Origin: Desulfomonilia bacterium
Lineage (GTDB): Bacteria > Desulfobacterota > Desulfomonilia > UBA1062
Reading direction: 5' to 3'
DNA length: 64,000 nucleotides
Assembly: GCA_050014195.1 (NCBI GenBank)
Contig: JBEKDT010000002.1
Location: 123,775 to 187,774 of the forward strand
Shown here: positions 10,843 to 20,105 of the stretch, in pieces
How the letters are laid out: every line of letters begins with the position of its first letter
Numbering within the stretch: position 1 is the stretch's first letter
Position numbers and translations under genes: made by a program
The notes under the pieces: generated by a model
Seen by the model: only the letters and a program-made list of their open reading frames with translations
What the model was told of the DNA's origin: nothing
The model's database searches: none

Positions 10843-11982
10843 ATGTCATTATTCCTGCTCACCATATTCAGCATTTATAGTGCCGTGCACGTCTATGCCT
10901 TCTTCAAGGTGAAGGCCGCCTTCCCTTTTGGGGCCGGTATAGGCATCCTGCTGGGAATCTTTTTGGCAGTCATGACCTTTGCCCCCATTTTTGTCCGGAT
11001 ACTGGAAAGGCATGGATATGAATTTTCAGCCCGGTTGATGGCTTACATCGGTTACAGCTGGATGGGCATCATCTTCCTGTTTTTCACCCTTTCTCTCTTG
11101 ACCGATCTCTATCACCTCTTCGTGAACGGTGCCGGGCTGATCTTTCGCAAGGACATGGGCCTGCTCACGCCCTCGGCAAGAATCGCCTTTCTCGTCCCCC
11201 TCTTCCTTGCCCTTGGCCTGGCCCTGTATGGATACTTCGCCGCACTGAACATCCGCCCGGAAATGGTCACCCTCAGATCATCCAAGATCCCTGAGGCAAT
11301 CGGCCGCCTGCGCATTGCACAGGTCTCAGATGTCCATCTCGGCATCATCGTGCGTGAAGCGAGATTAAGGAAGATCCTCCGGGTGATTAGGGATGCAAAC
11401 CCGGATATCCTCGTCTCAACGGGGGATCTGGTGGACGGCCAGATCGACAGCCTTGCAGGGTTGGCTGAGGCACTTCAGGAGATACATCCCCGATACGGTA
11501 AATATGGTATTACCGGGAACCACGAATTCTATGCAGGGCTCCCGCAAGCCCTGGAGATTACCAGGAGGGCCGGTTTTACCGTCTTGAGAAACGAGGCCGT
11601 GACGGTCGAGGGCATCATCAACATTGCAGGCGTCGACGACCCTACCGGGAAATCTTTCGGCCTGTCCGGAGGTATGCCGGAAGAAGAACTGCTCTCTTTA
11701 TTGCCGAGGGATAAGTTCACGCTTCTCCTCAAGCATCAACCCTCTGTCCGTATAAAGTCTCTGGGCCTTTTTGATCTCCAACTGTCGGGACATACGCACA
11801 ACGGACAGATCTTCCCCTTCAGATATCTGGTACAGCTCTTCTTCTCACACATTGCAGGATGGTATGACCTCCCCAAAGGGTCCCACCTCTACGTGAGCCG
11901 GGGAACCGGGACCTGGGGCCCGCCCATACGTTTCCTCTCTCCTCCGGAGGTCACGGTGATCGATCTTATCCACGGCCGGTGA
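10843..11982 (+). CDS. membrane-anchored metallophosphoesterase
   Basis: 379 aa. Four N-terminal hydrophobic helices, then calcineurin-like motifs SDVHLG, GDLVDG, GNHEF and GHTHNGQ. Confidence 0.85.
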   Translation: MSLFLLTIFSIYSAVHVYAFFKVKAAFPFGAGIGILLGIFLAVMTFAPIFVRILERHGYEFSARLMAYIGYSWMGIIFLFFTLSLLTDLYHLFVNGAGLIFRKDMGLLTPSARIAFLVPLFLALGLALYGYFAALNIRPEMVTLRSSKIPEAIGRLRIAQVSDVHLGIIVREARLRKILRVIRDANPDILVSTGDLVDGQIDSLAGLAEALQEIHPRYGKYGITGNHEFYAGLPQALEITRRAGFTVLRNEAVTVEGIINIAGVDDPTGKSFGLSGGMPEEELLSLLPRDKFTLLLKHQPSVRIKSLGLFDLQLSGHTHNGQIFPFRYLVQLFFSHIAGWYDLPKGSHLYVSRGTGTWGPPIRFLSPPEVTVIDLIHGR

Positions 11983-12109
11983 ATGGTGACTATAAGGAGG
12001 TGTTCACCTTTTTTGTTTTTTTAATTTTTTTATATCAACTGAACACATAAGTCTTGTCTGTATGACATTAAAACTTAATTATTACTATAAATCGAAAGGG
12101 AGGTAAATA

Positions 12110-12652
12110 ATGGCACGTGATCCCAGGGATACGAAAAAGAAAAAGGTGATCGAGGTGCTCAACAAGGCCCGGTCTATGGAGCTGCAGGCTATCTATCAAT
12201 ACATGAACCAGCACTATAACCTGGACAACATGGATTACGGGGATCTGGCACTGAAGGTCAAGCTGATCGCCATCGATGAGATGCGCCATGCCGAGATGTT
12301 TGCCGAGAGGATCAAGGAGCTTGACGGTGAACCCACCGCAGATGCTGCCGCAAAGGTCGAAAAGGGGCAGAAGATCGAGGCGGTCTTTCCCTTTGATGCC
12401 AAGCTCGAGGATGACACCATCGATATTTACAACCAGTTTCTGCTGATATGCCGGGAGAACGGCGACAGTACGAGCATGAAACTCTTCGAGACCATCATTG
12501 ATGAAGAGCAGATCCATTTCAATTACTTTGACAATGTCGCGGATCACATTGACAAGCTCGGTGCAGCCTTTCTCTCTCAGATTGCAGGGACTCCGGCCGA
12601 TACCGCGACACCGGCCCAGGGCTTTATTGCAACCCAGGGCGGCGGTGCATAA
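12110..12652 (+). CDS. bfr: bacterioferritin / ferritin-like protein
   Basis: 180 aa. VIEVLNKARSMELQAIYQYMNQHY...IDEMRHAEMFAERI...EEQIH di-iron ligand pattern. Strong RBS GGGAGG. It has a C-terminal Ala/Thr/Gly-rich extension. Confidence 0.8.
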   Translation: MARDPRDTKKKKVIEVLNKARSMELQAIYQYMNQHYNLDNMDYGDLALKVKLIAIDEMRHAEMFAERIKELDGEPTADAAAKVEKGQKIEAVFPFDAKLEDDTIDIYNQFLLICRENGDSTSMKLFETIIDEEQIHFNYFDNVADHIDKLGAAFLSQIAGTPADTATPAQGFIATQGGGA

Positions 12653-12732
12653 CTCAACATGCCCTGCTGAATCGTTTCTCTAAACGGTTAATCAGAAAGG
12701 CTCTGAGCATGAAATAAATTGAAAGGACTAAA

Positions 12733-13233
12733 ATGAGTCATTCGACGGGGCATTCTATGCATGAAAAGGCGTTTCAGGAGTACTATCCGGACCGCCTGAG
12801 CCATTGCTATGGATGCGGCCGCCTCAATGAGCACGGCCTCCATATCAAGAGCTACTGGGATGGAGATGAAAGTGTGGCGCTGTTTACCCCGCAGCCTTAT
12901 CACATTGCAATCCCCGGTTATGTGTACGGCGGGTTGATTGCATCCCTCATAGACTGCCACTCAACCGGCACCGCATCTGCTGCGGCATACCGGGAAGAAG
13001 GCCGCGAAATGGGGACTGAACCAGCCATAAGATTCGTAACCGCGTCATTGCACGTGGATTATCTGCATCCTACTCCGTTGGGAGTGGAGCTTACACTCAG
13101 GGGAAAGATAAAGGAAATCAAAGGGCGCAAGGTCATAGTGACCGTCACGGTCTCTGCCCGGGGAATTGTGTGCGTGCGGGGTGAAGTGGTAGCCGTAAAG
13201 ATGCCCGAGCATATGAATCCTTTAATGGAATAA
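12733..13233 (+). CDS. PaaI-family (hotdog-fold) thioesterase
   Basis: 166 aa. CYGCG...GLH N-terminal motif and GYVYGGLIASLIDCH core, typical of PaaI/YbgC-like thioesterases. Confidence 0.7.
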   Translation: MSHSTGHSMHEKAFQEYYPDRLSHCYGCGRLNEHGLHIKSYWDGDESVALFTPQPYHIAIPGYVYGGLIASLIDCHSTGTASAAAYREEGREMGTEPAIRFVTASLHVDYLHPTPLGVELTLRGKIKEIKGRKVIVTVTVSARGIVCVRGEVVAVKMPEHMNPLME

Positions 13234-13265
13234 AGGTATTCTCAACAAATAGGGAAAAGGAATCT

Positions 13266-13481
13266 ATGGGGCTGTTTAAAATTGATTTTCAGCTTGTCGT
13301 CATTACCGCAATTGTGTCTCTCGTTGCAACAGTTGCAATCGTCTTTATGATAAACATCATGCAACCGGGATTAATTGTTCTAAAAGGAGGAACCGCCCTT
13401 TTCATATATATAGGAGTTTTTACCGCGAACCTCATCATAGAAGCTGCCCGTCAACGCTCCGAGAGAAATAGAAAGATGTAG
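13266..13481 (+). CDS. small two-helix membrane protein, unknown function
   Basis: 71 aa with two clear hydrophobic helices and a basic C-terminus. RBS-like GGGAAAAGGAA lies upstream. No family recognised. Confidence 0.45.
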   Translation: MGLFKIDFQLVVITAIVSLVATVAIVFMINIMQPGLIVLKGGTALFIYIGVFTANLIIEAARQRSERNRKM

Positions 13482-13567
13482 TATGCATATCTGAGTTATT
13501 CATCCATTGAATAAAAAGGCCTTGGCTCCTTCATATGATCACTATGCACGCATTTCACAGTCACTAT

Positions 13568-14557
13568 TCACTTTTTCTGATCACTCATTACTGCCTCCAC
13601 CTGCCTGTGGATATACTCCTTGAAGTCCAACTTTTTTTTAATGATCCTTCTTATGTCCGATCGTTTGAGCCATCTGGTGTATAGCCAGATCCATTGCTCC
13701 GGGTGTTTCCTGACTATCGAAGCCACCCAAGACTGCATGAAGTCGCTCAAAGCCTGGATGGCATCATACCCCTCTCCGAAGTACCCGGGATCCATGGCCT
13801 TTTCGAAACAGATCCGATGAGTTCCGTTCAGCTTCACGGTGTACAGCGGCAGCACCAGGGCATTGCCCTTGAGGGCGATGAATGCAGGCCCTGGGTTGGT
13901 GATGGCAGGCAGACCGAAGAAGTTACACAAAAGTGCCCTTTTGCCCTTGGTCCGCAGGTCCACCATCATGCTGATGATCCTCCCTTTCTTCAGTTCCCTG
14001 ATGAGCATGAGGGCCTTGCCTTTGGGCGGCAGGAAGGTGATCCCCGAACGGGAGCGTATCTCGTGTATGATGGATTCAAGCTGCGGATCCTTGCGTAGTT
14101 CTGCCATGTGGCAGAGCTGAATGCCGAAAAGCCTCGGGACATTCGAGAGAATCTCCCAGTTCCCGATGTGGCCCATGAATATCATGATGCCCCGTTTGCT
14201 TGCCAGGGCCTCGTCCAGGTGCTCTTTGCCCTCCACCTCGACGCGAGCATTGATCTCAGCATCGCTCATGTAGGCATATCTTATTGCATCCACCAGGATC
14301 TCTCCCTGGTTTATGAATACCTTCAGCACTATGTACCAGACATGCTTAAGCCCGAGCGCTGCTTGCATTTGGATGCTGGCAATCTTTCGGTGGAACGGAT
14401 CTACAAGCCAGGCGATTACGCCGAGAGACCGGAAAAAATTGAGAACAAAGGAGTAGGGCAGGTATCGGATAAGCCAGATCAAGACAAGGAGCATATGATA
14501 TTTTATTTGTTGCACAATGGCGGAGAATAATTTCATGCCATTAAAGGTTTGTTTCAC
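13568..14557 (-). CDS. lipid A biosynthesis (LpxL/HtrB-type) lysophospholipid acyltransferase
   Basis: 329 aa. N-terminal membrane anchor, MGHIGNWE (HX4E-type acyltransferase motif), and overall LpxL-family length. GTG start with GGAAAGGG 8 nt upstream. Confidence 0.75.
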   Translation of the reverse strand: MKQTFNGMKLFSAIVQQIKYHMLLVLIWLIRYLPYSFVLNFFRSLGVIAWLVDPFHRKIASIQMQAALGLKHVWYIVLKVFINQGEILVDAIRYAYMSDAEINARVEVEGKEHLDEALASKRGIMIFMGHIGNWEILSNVPRLFGIQLCHMAELRKDPQLESIIHEIRSRSGITFLPPKGKALMLIRELKKGRIISMMVDLRTKGKRALLCNFFGLPAITNPGPAFIALKGNALVLPLYTVKLNGTHRICFEKAMDPGYFGEGYDAIQALSDFMQSWVASIVRKHPEQWIWLYTRWLKRSDIRRIIKKKLDFKEYIHRQVEAVMSDQKK

Positions 14558-14843
14558 GTCTAATGCCCTTTCCTCTCTGCTTTAGGACACGCCTTTGAGG
14601 TCTTTCGCCTGAGTGAGTATAAATGTCCTTTTGCGAACCGTGTCTTGTTCAGCCACTTTTCAGCGCAAAAACGCCAATCAGTGGGAATCTATATCTTTTT
14701 CTTACCATCGCATTTTTCAAGTCTTGCCCTCTTCCTAGTTTATAGACCCTTGTGCAATTAACTCATTTAGATATCTGACCCCAATTTACCCAATCTCTCT
14801 GGCTCCGGAAGCTGTATTTCCTCTACAAATCCGGTTTATTGAA

Positions 14844-16946
14844 TCAATGTGGAGTCTCCTGCTTTTCGAGTTCCTCTTTGGACTTCTGCTGCTTTTGGAG
14901 TTCCTCCTTGGACTTCTCCCGTTTAACCGGCTTTGCAGGATTCTCTTTCTTCGGGGCTACGCCCGGAGCCGGTTTTGCCGGTTTGACGCGTTCAGGTCCC
15001 GGCTGCTCGGGCCGTACCGGCTGCTTCTGTGGCCTGCCGATTTGACCGGGCTTTTCAGGTTGGCCGGGTATTTGTGGAGCGACCCGTTCCGGTATCCTGG
15101 TTTTGCCGGGTTTTTCCTGCAGAGCAGGCCGTGCCGGTTTGACGCGTTCTGATCCCACCTGTTCGGGCCGTACCGGCTGCTTCTGTGGCCTGCCGACTTG
15201 ACCGGGCTTTTCAGATTGGCCGGGTATTTGCGGAGCGACTCGTTCCGGTACCCTGGCTTTGCCGGGTTTTTCCTGCAGAGCAGGCCGTGCCGGTTTGACG
15301 CGTTCTGATCCCACCTGCTCGGGCCGTACCGGCGGCTTCTGTGGCTTGCCAAGTTGAACTGGACGTGTTTCTGTTGCTGCCTCTCCGCGCTTTTTGATTT
15401 CTTTTTGCTGAAACGGCACTTGAGATTCCGGCCGATTTACCTCTTTAGCTGGTACTATACGGTTCGTGATCTTGGGCGACGCAACCCGGGATTCCCGGTT
15501 AACCCTGCCTTCCGGGGTGCGCTTTACTTGCTGCTGAAGCACGGCGGCGTTTTCTTTACCCTTGTGGATGGTCGTTTCATTTTGCTGGATACGTTTGATT
15601 ACGCTATTGTGCGGCTTCTGGTTTACCGGTTTGTTCGTGTAGTTGTAACGCTGCTTGTTCGTCCCGTAGTTGTTAACCACCGTATTATTGACTACCGGCG
15701 CGGCACGGTAGTTGTTGATGATGGTGGTGTTGTTTATGTTGGTCACCCGGACATTTCTGTAATTGTTCACTTTATAAAAATTGTTCTGGTTGACCACGAT
15801 GGCACGATCTGCGTAGGCATAATTCCGGACGTTGATGTTGATCCGGGTGATGTTGACATTATTCACAACCACCGTATGAGGGCCTCCCCAGTGGCGGTGA
15901 CTGTAATAGGTCTCGCGCGGTGCCAGAGGCACCCACCCCACATAGGCCCCGCTGTGAATCCATGAAACCCTGCCGGGGTTCCAGAAAAAACCCACGTTGA
16001 GCATGGGAAGACCTATCTGCACCATTGCTACAGGCGGAGCCCAGTACCAGTTATCGCTTACATAAACCCAGTTGCCGTAATGGTGGGTGATGTAACCGAA
16101 AGGCTCTGCCGGGATCCATGCTTGATCCCCGTACCAATCGGTCCAGCGGCCCATGGTAAAAGGTGACCAGCCTACGGCTACGGTGGTAGGCCGCCAGAAC
16201 CAGCGCCCGCTTCCCTCATAGGGAACCCTCTCCCACCTCCCATTCTCCTCAAGGATATATGCCTCGTCCCGGAGGCTAGGCGGGAGATAATCGGCAGAAT
16301 GCCCCCGATGCCTTATCCTGTCCGCCCAAATATTTTCACGAGTGGAGTTCCACCGGTCCCAGTCCGGATCGACGGTTCCTTCACCTGATGACACCTGGTT
16401 CTGGTCGGCAAGTATCGATGGAGAACCGACCGCCACGTCGTATCTGGCCTCAGTTGCCGAGTGGACGAAACTCACTTTCCCCCTTACCGCAACCACTTCG
16501 ACGGAGTTGTCGCCCACGTAGAAGTCAAAGACCGTGCCCGGATAGGCCAAGACGTACCCGAACGGACTTGTGACTTTTATGGCGGTATTGGAGCTTTTAT
16601 TGTAGAATCGAGCCACGCCCGAAGCTACGTCCATTTCAGACAGGTCTGTGTCAAGGGCGATAAACTCGATCTGTGTGCTGTTCCCGGTCCTGATCCAGGT
16701 CCCGTTGGGAACAATCAACTCTGCCCTCCCCGTGCTTCCTGAATAGAGGGTGTCCCCTGCACCGAATGGCGCGTCCTTGACTACAGCCACCCAGTCCTTT
16801 TCATCGAGAACATAACCGAGCAGATCCCCTTCGATATGGTAGACGCGGCCAACCACCACGGCCGGCTCTTCAGCCGCCAGGGAGGGAAGAACCATAATAT
16901 TCATTGAGACAAACAGAAGGACCAGTGATTTAAACCATTTCTTCAT
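14844..16946 (-). CDS. secreted FecR-domain protein with Trp/Tyr-rich middle region and Pro/Lys/Glu/Gln-rich repeat tail
   Basis: 700 aa. Signal peptide (LLFVSMNIMVLPSLAAE) and a FecR-like beta region (GDTLYSGSTGRAELIVPNGTWIRTG). A W/Y-rich segment follows (GRWTDWYGDQAWIPAEPFGYITHHYGNWVYV). The C-terminus has 52-aa tandem repeats. RBS GGGAGGAG. Confidence 0.75.
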   Translation of the reverse strand: MKKWFKSLVLLFVSMNIMVLPSLAAEEPAVVVGRVYHIEGDLLGYVLDEKDWVAVVKDAPFGAGDTLYSGSTGRAELIVPNGTWIRTGNSTQIEFIALDTDLSEMDVASGVARFYNKSSNTAIKVTSPFGYVLAYPGTVFDFYVGDNSVEVVAVRGKVSFVHSATEARYDVAVGSPSILADQNQVSSGEGTVDPDWDRWNSTRENIWADRIRHRGHSADYLPPSLRDEAYILEENGRWERVPYEGSGRWFWRPTTVAVGWSPFTMGRWTDWYGDQAWIPAEPFGYITHHYGNWVYVSDNWYWAPPVAMVQIGLPMLNVGFFWNPGRVSWIHSGAYVGWVPLAPRETYYSHRHWGGPHTVVVNNVNITRININVRNYAYADRAIVVNQNNFYKVNNYRNVRVTNINNTTIINNYRAAPVVNNTVVNNYGTNKQRYNYTNKPVNQKPHNSVIKRIQQNETTIHKGKENAAVLQQQVKRTPEGRVNRESRVASPKITNRIVPAKEVNRPESQVPFQQKEIKKRGEAATETRPVQLGKPQKPPVRPEQVGSERVKPARPALQEKPGKARVPERVAPQIPGQSEKPGQVGRPQKQPVRPEQVGSERVKPARPALQEKPGKTRIPERVAPQIPGQPEKPGQIGRPQKQPVRPEQPGPERVKPAKPAPGVAPKKENPAKPVKREKSKEELQKQQKSKEELEKQETPH
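14975..15352. repeat. in-frame 156 bp tandem repeat (about 2.4 copies) inside the FecR-domain gene
   Basis: GGGCCGTACCGG recurs at 15009, 15165 and 15321, an exact 156 nt (52 codon) period. The copies are nearly identical. A smaller 27 nt x2 repeat at about 14867-14920 encodes KSKEELQKQ/KSKEELEKQ. Confidence 0.9.
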
Positions 16947-17620
16947 TCTTCTCTCCTCCCTGCAGGTTCATCTTTGACCTTTCCTTCAAAGCACATAAAT
17001 AATTATAAGAACTATTGTTCCAGAGAACAACTAGGGTACTGTGTGAAGACATATGTTAATCTTATAGAGTCAATCAACATGTTTGTTCTCATAGACCCGT
17101 TTTCCCTGAGTCTGATTTTTTATCAGCATTCCCACTGTTAGGCTATACGTCCCTGAATGAACCCGGAAATCAAAACAATAGGGAGTCCTTTTATTGGAAC
17201 CTTACATATATAATCATCAAATTGTTCCATACAAGGGCGCATGATGAGACCCTGCTTTTAATAAACAACCTGATACATCTTCTCTAAGGTTAGATTGTAG
17301 ATAACTTCGATAAATTAACGCTTTCAAAACAGCCCTAAAAGTTGAGGTTTTCGGATGTAATCTATACTCGAAAGCAACTCCTAATAAAGTCAATATAGTA
17401 TCACGATCGTTATACAAGTTTATTCTCTCAGAAAGTACACATAGCATGAGGTAATCTTTACTCTGTCACTATTGAAGATATCATTTGGAGATCTCTACAT
17501 GTTAAGCAGAGAGGCACAATATATAGATCTATAAGAGATGCAAGATCCTTGATCATCACAAATCGCACTTTACTGTACGATAGCATCATAACTACTGCAG
17601 CTTCATCGAATGATCAGATC

Positions 17621-18760
17621 TCAACTATTACATTTTAAACCCAAGATTTTTTCATAAAAATGTATGAGGGTTGATGCCTGTTTTTTATAGCTCCATCTGG
17701 TTTGTGCAGTCTCTTTTGCCTTTATCCCGAAGCCCTGCCTTTTCTCTTTGTTTGAAAGGAGTTCGATTATCTTTTCCGTAAGGACATCTTCTTCCGGCTT
17801 CACCACAAAACCATTGACCCCGTCATCCACGAACTCAGGTAGCATGCCAAGATCGGAAACTATAGGCGGTATCCCCATGGACATCACCTCTCTTAATGCC
17901 CTGGCCGTTCCATCCGTCCCGGCCCTCATCATGACAAAGATATCGAATGCCGAGATCATGGAAAAATAATCGTCTGAACGGTACCCTGCTAGTATCATGT
18001 CGTTTTCTATCCCGAGTTCTTTAATCAAACCGTTCATGACGATATTGTCCCGGGACCCTCCCCTTCCCAGAACAAGCAGTTTTACTTTATCCATGCGGCC
18101 TTTGACCATCTTGAATGCCTTCAGGATTATGTCATAGCCGCGGTCTTTTTTCAGTCTCCCCACAACCCCGATAATCCTTTCATCTTCATCGATATGAAAA
18201 ACATGGCGTGCATCTTCTATTTCACCTTTATACGATTTCACCCCGGGAGGAATCACACAGGTCTTTTCCACAGGATATTCGAATGTCTTCGTATCGTGAT
18301 CGATGTTCTTCTTGCTGTAGGCAACGAGTCCATCGGTTCCGGATAACGCCCATTTCATGAAAGGTCTGGCCGGTATTCCATCCCTTTTATGGTCAGTCCT
18401 CACGATCAGGGGTCTTCGTTTATAAAATCTTAAAGAAAGGAGAGCAAGAAAATGGTCATGGTCAAGATTGGTATGGACAATATCTATCCCTTCTTGTTCG
18501 ACATATCTCTTTATGTATTTTATGTCATAAAGCCAGTCCTTCAAAGAAAAGTACCGGTTAAGCCTGAACCCCTCAAAAGAGCGTAACCCCCTTTGTTTAA
18601 CCTCTTTCTCAACGGTATTTTCAGGAAAGTTTTGGTTGGGTGTCTTTCTGTATGCAATCCTGACATCGACCCCTTCTTTCATGAGGGCCTCGCAGAGGGA
18701 AACCACCGGTTCAGAAGACCCTGTCCATTTCCAGTCGCTTAATAGATGGAGAACTTTCAT
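17621..18760 (-). CDS. family 4 (GT-B) glycosyltransferase
   Basis: 379 aa. N-terminal WKWTGSSEPV and a C-terminal EX7E-like region (RAGTDGTARALREVMSMGIPPIVSD...EFV). Markedly lower G+C than its surroundings (32-35% on two sampled lines). Confidence 0.8.
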   Translation of the reverse strand: MKVLHLLSDWKWTGSSEPVVSLCEALMKEGVDVRIAYRKTPNQNFPENTVEKEVKQRGLRSFEGFRLNRYFSLKDWLYDIKYIKRYVEQEGIDIVHTNLDHDHFLALLSLRFYKRRPLIVRTDHKRDGIPARPFMKWALSGTDGLVAYSKKNIDHDTKTFEYPVEKTCVIPPGVKSYKGEIEDARHVFHIDEDERIIGVVGRLKKDRGYDIILKAFKMVKGRMDKVKLLVLGRGGSRDNIVMNGLIKELGIENDMILAGYRSDDYFSMISAFDIFVMMRAGTDGTARALREVMSMGIPPIVSDLGMLPEFVDDGVNGFVVKPEEDVLTEKIIELLSNKEKRQGFGIKAKETAQTRWSYKKQASTLIHFYEKILGLKCNS

Positions 18761-18841
18761 TGTTCTTGATCCTCAAGGAGACGCTAACATTGCTGCTACT
18801 CGCTGATCAAGTCCTATATGAAATCATCTCCGATACATACG

Positions 18842-19264
18842 CTATCTCTGATTCAAGAAAACCTCTTCGAGATGAATGCAAGCACAGGAACTTGATTTCA
18901 GCTCTTCAAGGGAACTGAAATCCCGGGCCTTTGTCCTTGTCTTATCATCCCATGCTACAAATATGATCACATCTTTGCCGTATATTCTGTCAAGGGCCGT
19001 CCAGAACCTGTAGAAAGTTGTTTCACCGTCTTTGAAAGGATTATTCTGATCCTGATGCCACCCTTCACGAAAATCCGATAGAGTAAGACTCTGGGCTCGC
19101 AATTCACAAAGCTTTGTATTCCCAAGGACTGTGGCCCGGGTGAGGCGTTCGCCATAGGCCTTTGCATGGATGCACGCAAGGTTCATCTTGGTAAAGGCAA
19201 GAATGCAGATCATGAGTATGCACAGCGAGATCAACACTTCAATGAGGGTGAACCCTTTCTTCAT
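18842..19264 (-). CDS. type IV pilus minor pilin / pseudopilin (PilV/GspI-like)
   Basis: Track ORF 18842..19402. ATG 19264 is preferred because GGAGG lies upstream, and it gives MKKGFTLIEVLISLCILMI, a canonical prepilin leader with the G|FTLIE methylation motif. This start overlaps the upstream stop (ATGA). Confidence 0.75.
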   Translation of the reverse strand: MKKGFTLIEVLISLCILMICILAFTKMNLACIHAKAYGERLTRATVLGNTKLCELRAQSLTLSDFREGWHQDQNNPFKDGETTFYRFWTALDRIYGKDVIIFVAWDDKTRTKARDFSSLEELKSSSCACIHLEEVFLNQR

Positions 19265-19854
19265 TCGAGCTGCCTCCAAGAACTTATGTATTGATATACC
19301 AACACGGTGCCGGATGCCGGAAGTATTCTCAGTGCGACCGACCGGTCGCTGGAGAATAGATAGACGGTCCCGGCATTGCAAGCGCCCATGGGAGAAAAGC
19401 ATACACGATCATCAACAAAGCTGATGCCATCAGTCGGGATTAACGTATTATTCGGCCCGACCCGGGCGCGGGATCCGAATTTAATACCTTGCCCCAGTGT
19501 GTATGGCCCAAGTCGCTGTTCGCCCGGGTCATACCGGGCGTTCCCATTGATATCACCGAAGGCGCTCCATTGCCCCACTTCAGGTATAAATACAATTCGC
19601 CAATGAACCCCTTCCTGGATAGAACGCTCACGCACATGATGAAAGAACGCGCCCATCTGATCTGCCTGGTTTATAATTGCCTTTCTTGAAGAAAATGCAC
19701 CGAGACCCGGAATGGCAATAGCAGCTATAATACAGATAATGGCAAGGGTCACCACAAGCTCTGCAAGGGTAACCCCTCCACAGAGTCCCAGGGATCCTAG
19801 ATGGTAACGAGGTCTGACCTTCCCATTTCCTTTAAAATAGCATTTGCAATGCAT
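19261..19854 (-). CDS. type IV pilus minor pilin / pseudopilin (FimT/GspH-like)
   Basis: 197 aa. GG|VTLAELVVTLAIICIIAAIAIPG prepilin-type N-terminus after an unusually long 27 aa leader. A GspH-like body follows (SSRKAIINQADQMGAFFHHVRERS). The start is uncertain. Confidence 0.65.
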   Translation of the reverse strand: MHCKCYFKGNGKVRPRYHLGSLGLCGGVTLAELVVTLAIICIIAAIAIPGLGAFSSRKAIINQADQMGAFFHHVRERSIQEGVHWRIVFIPEVGQWSAFGDINGNARYDPGEQRLGPYTLGQGIKFGSRARVGPNNTLIPTDGISFVDDRVCFSPMGACNAGTVYLFSSDRSVALRILPASGTVLVYQYISSWRQLE

Positions 19855-20105
19855 ACACCCCGGAAAAAATCGCCTTCATTGCCGAGACAAGCATATTTGT
19901 CCCGGTCACAGGCGTATATCCTCTCAATAGGAGTAATATAACGTCGCCAATGAAAAAGTGAAGGGGGGTTAACATCTTCGGAAAAACGGAACCAGGGGCG
20001 TATCATATCGTTGCCCATGGGATTGACCACTTCAAAGGACTGAAGCGGTACGGACAGAAAGGGCATAAGCCGAGACAGTCTCTTGGTTATCATCCCATGA
20101 CTCAT
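19797..20105 (-). CDS. hypothetical ORF overlapping both neighbours, doubtful
   Basis: 102 aa with no recognisable motif. It overlaps the FimT-like ORF by 58 nt and ORF 20032..20439 by 74 nt. Confidence 0.25.
   Translation of the reverse strand: MSHGMITKRLSRLMPFLSVPLQSFEVVNPMGNDMIRPWFRFSEDVNPPSLFHWRRYITPIERIYACDRDKYACLGNEGDFFRGVCIANAILKEMGRSDLVTI

Noticed and set aside
12068-12547. 159 aa minus-strand ORF
   Set aside because: It is antisense to the bacterioferritin gene, which has a strong RBS and di-iron motifs.
14975-15352. Tandem repeat considered as a possible CRISPR-like or satellite array
   Set aside because: The period is exactly 156 nt with no unique spacers. It is in frame within a coding sequence and encodes a 52 aa Pro-rich unit.
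15354-15965. 203 aa plus-strand ORF, plus several ORFs in 14839-15352
   Set aside because: They are antisense to, or out of frame with, the FecR-domain gene. The 14839-15352 set merely re-reads the tandem repeat.
17217-17447. 76 aa minus-strand ORF in the AT-rich gap
   Set aside because: It has no RBS, no recognisable motif and atypical composition. It is kept only as part of the AT-rich-gap finding.
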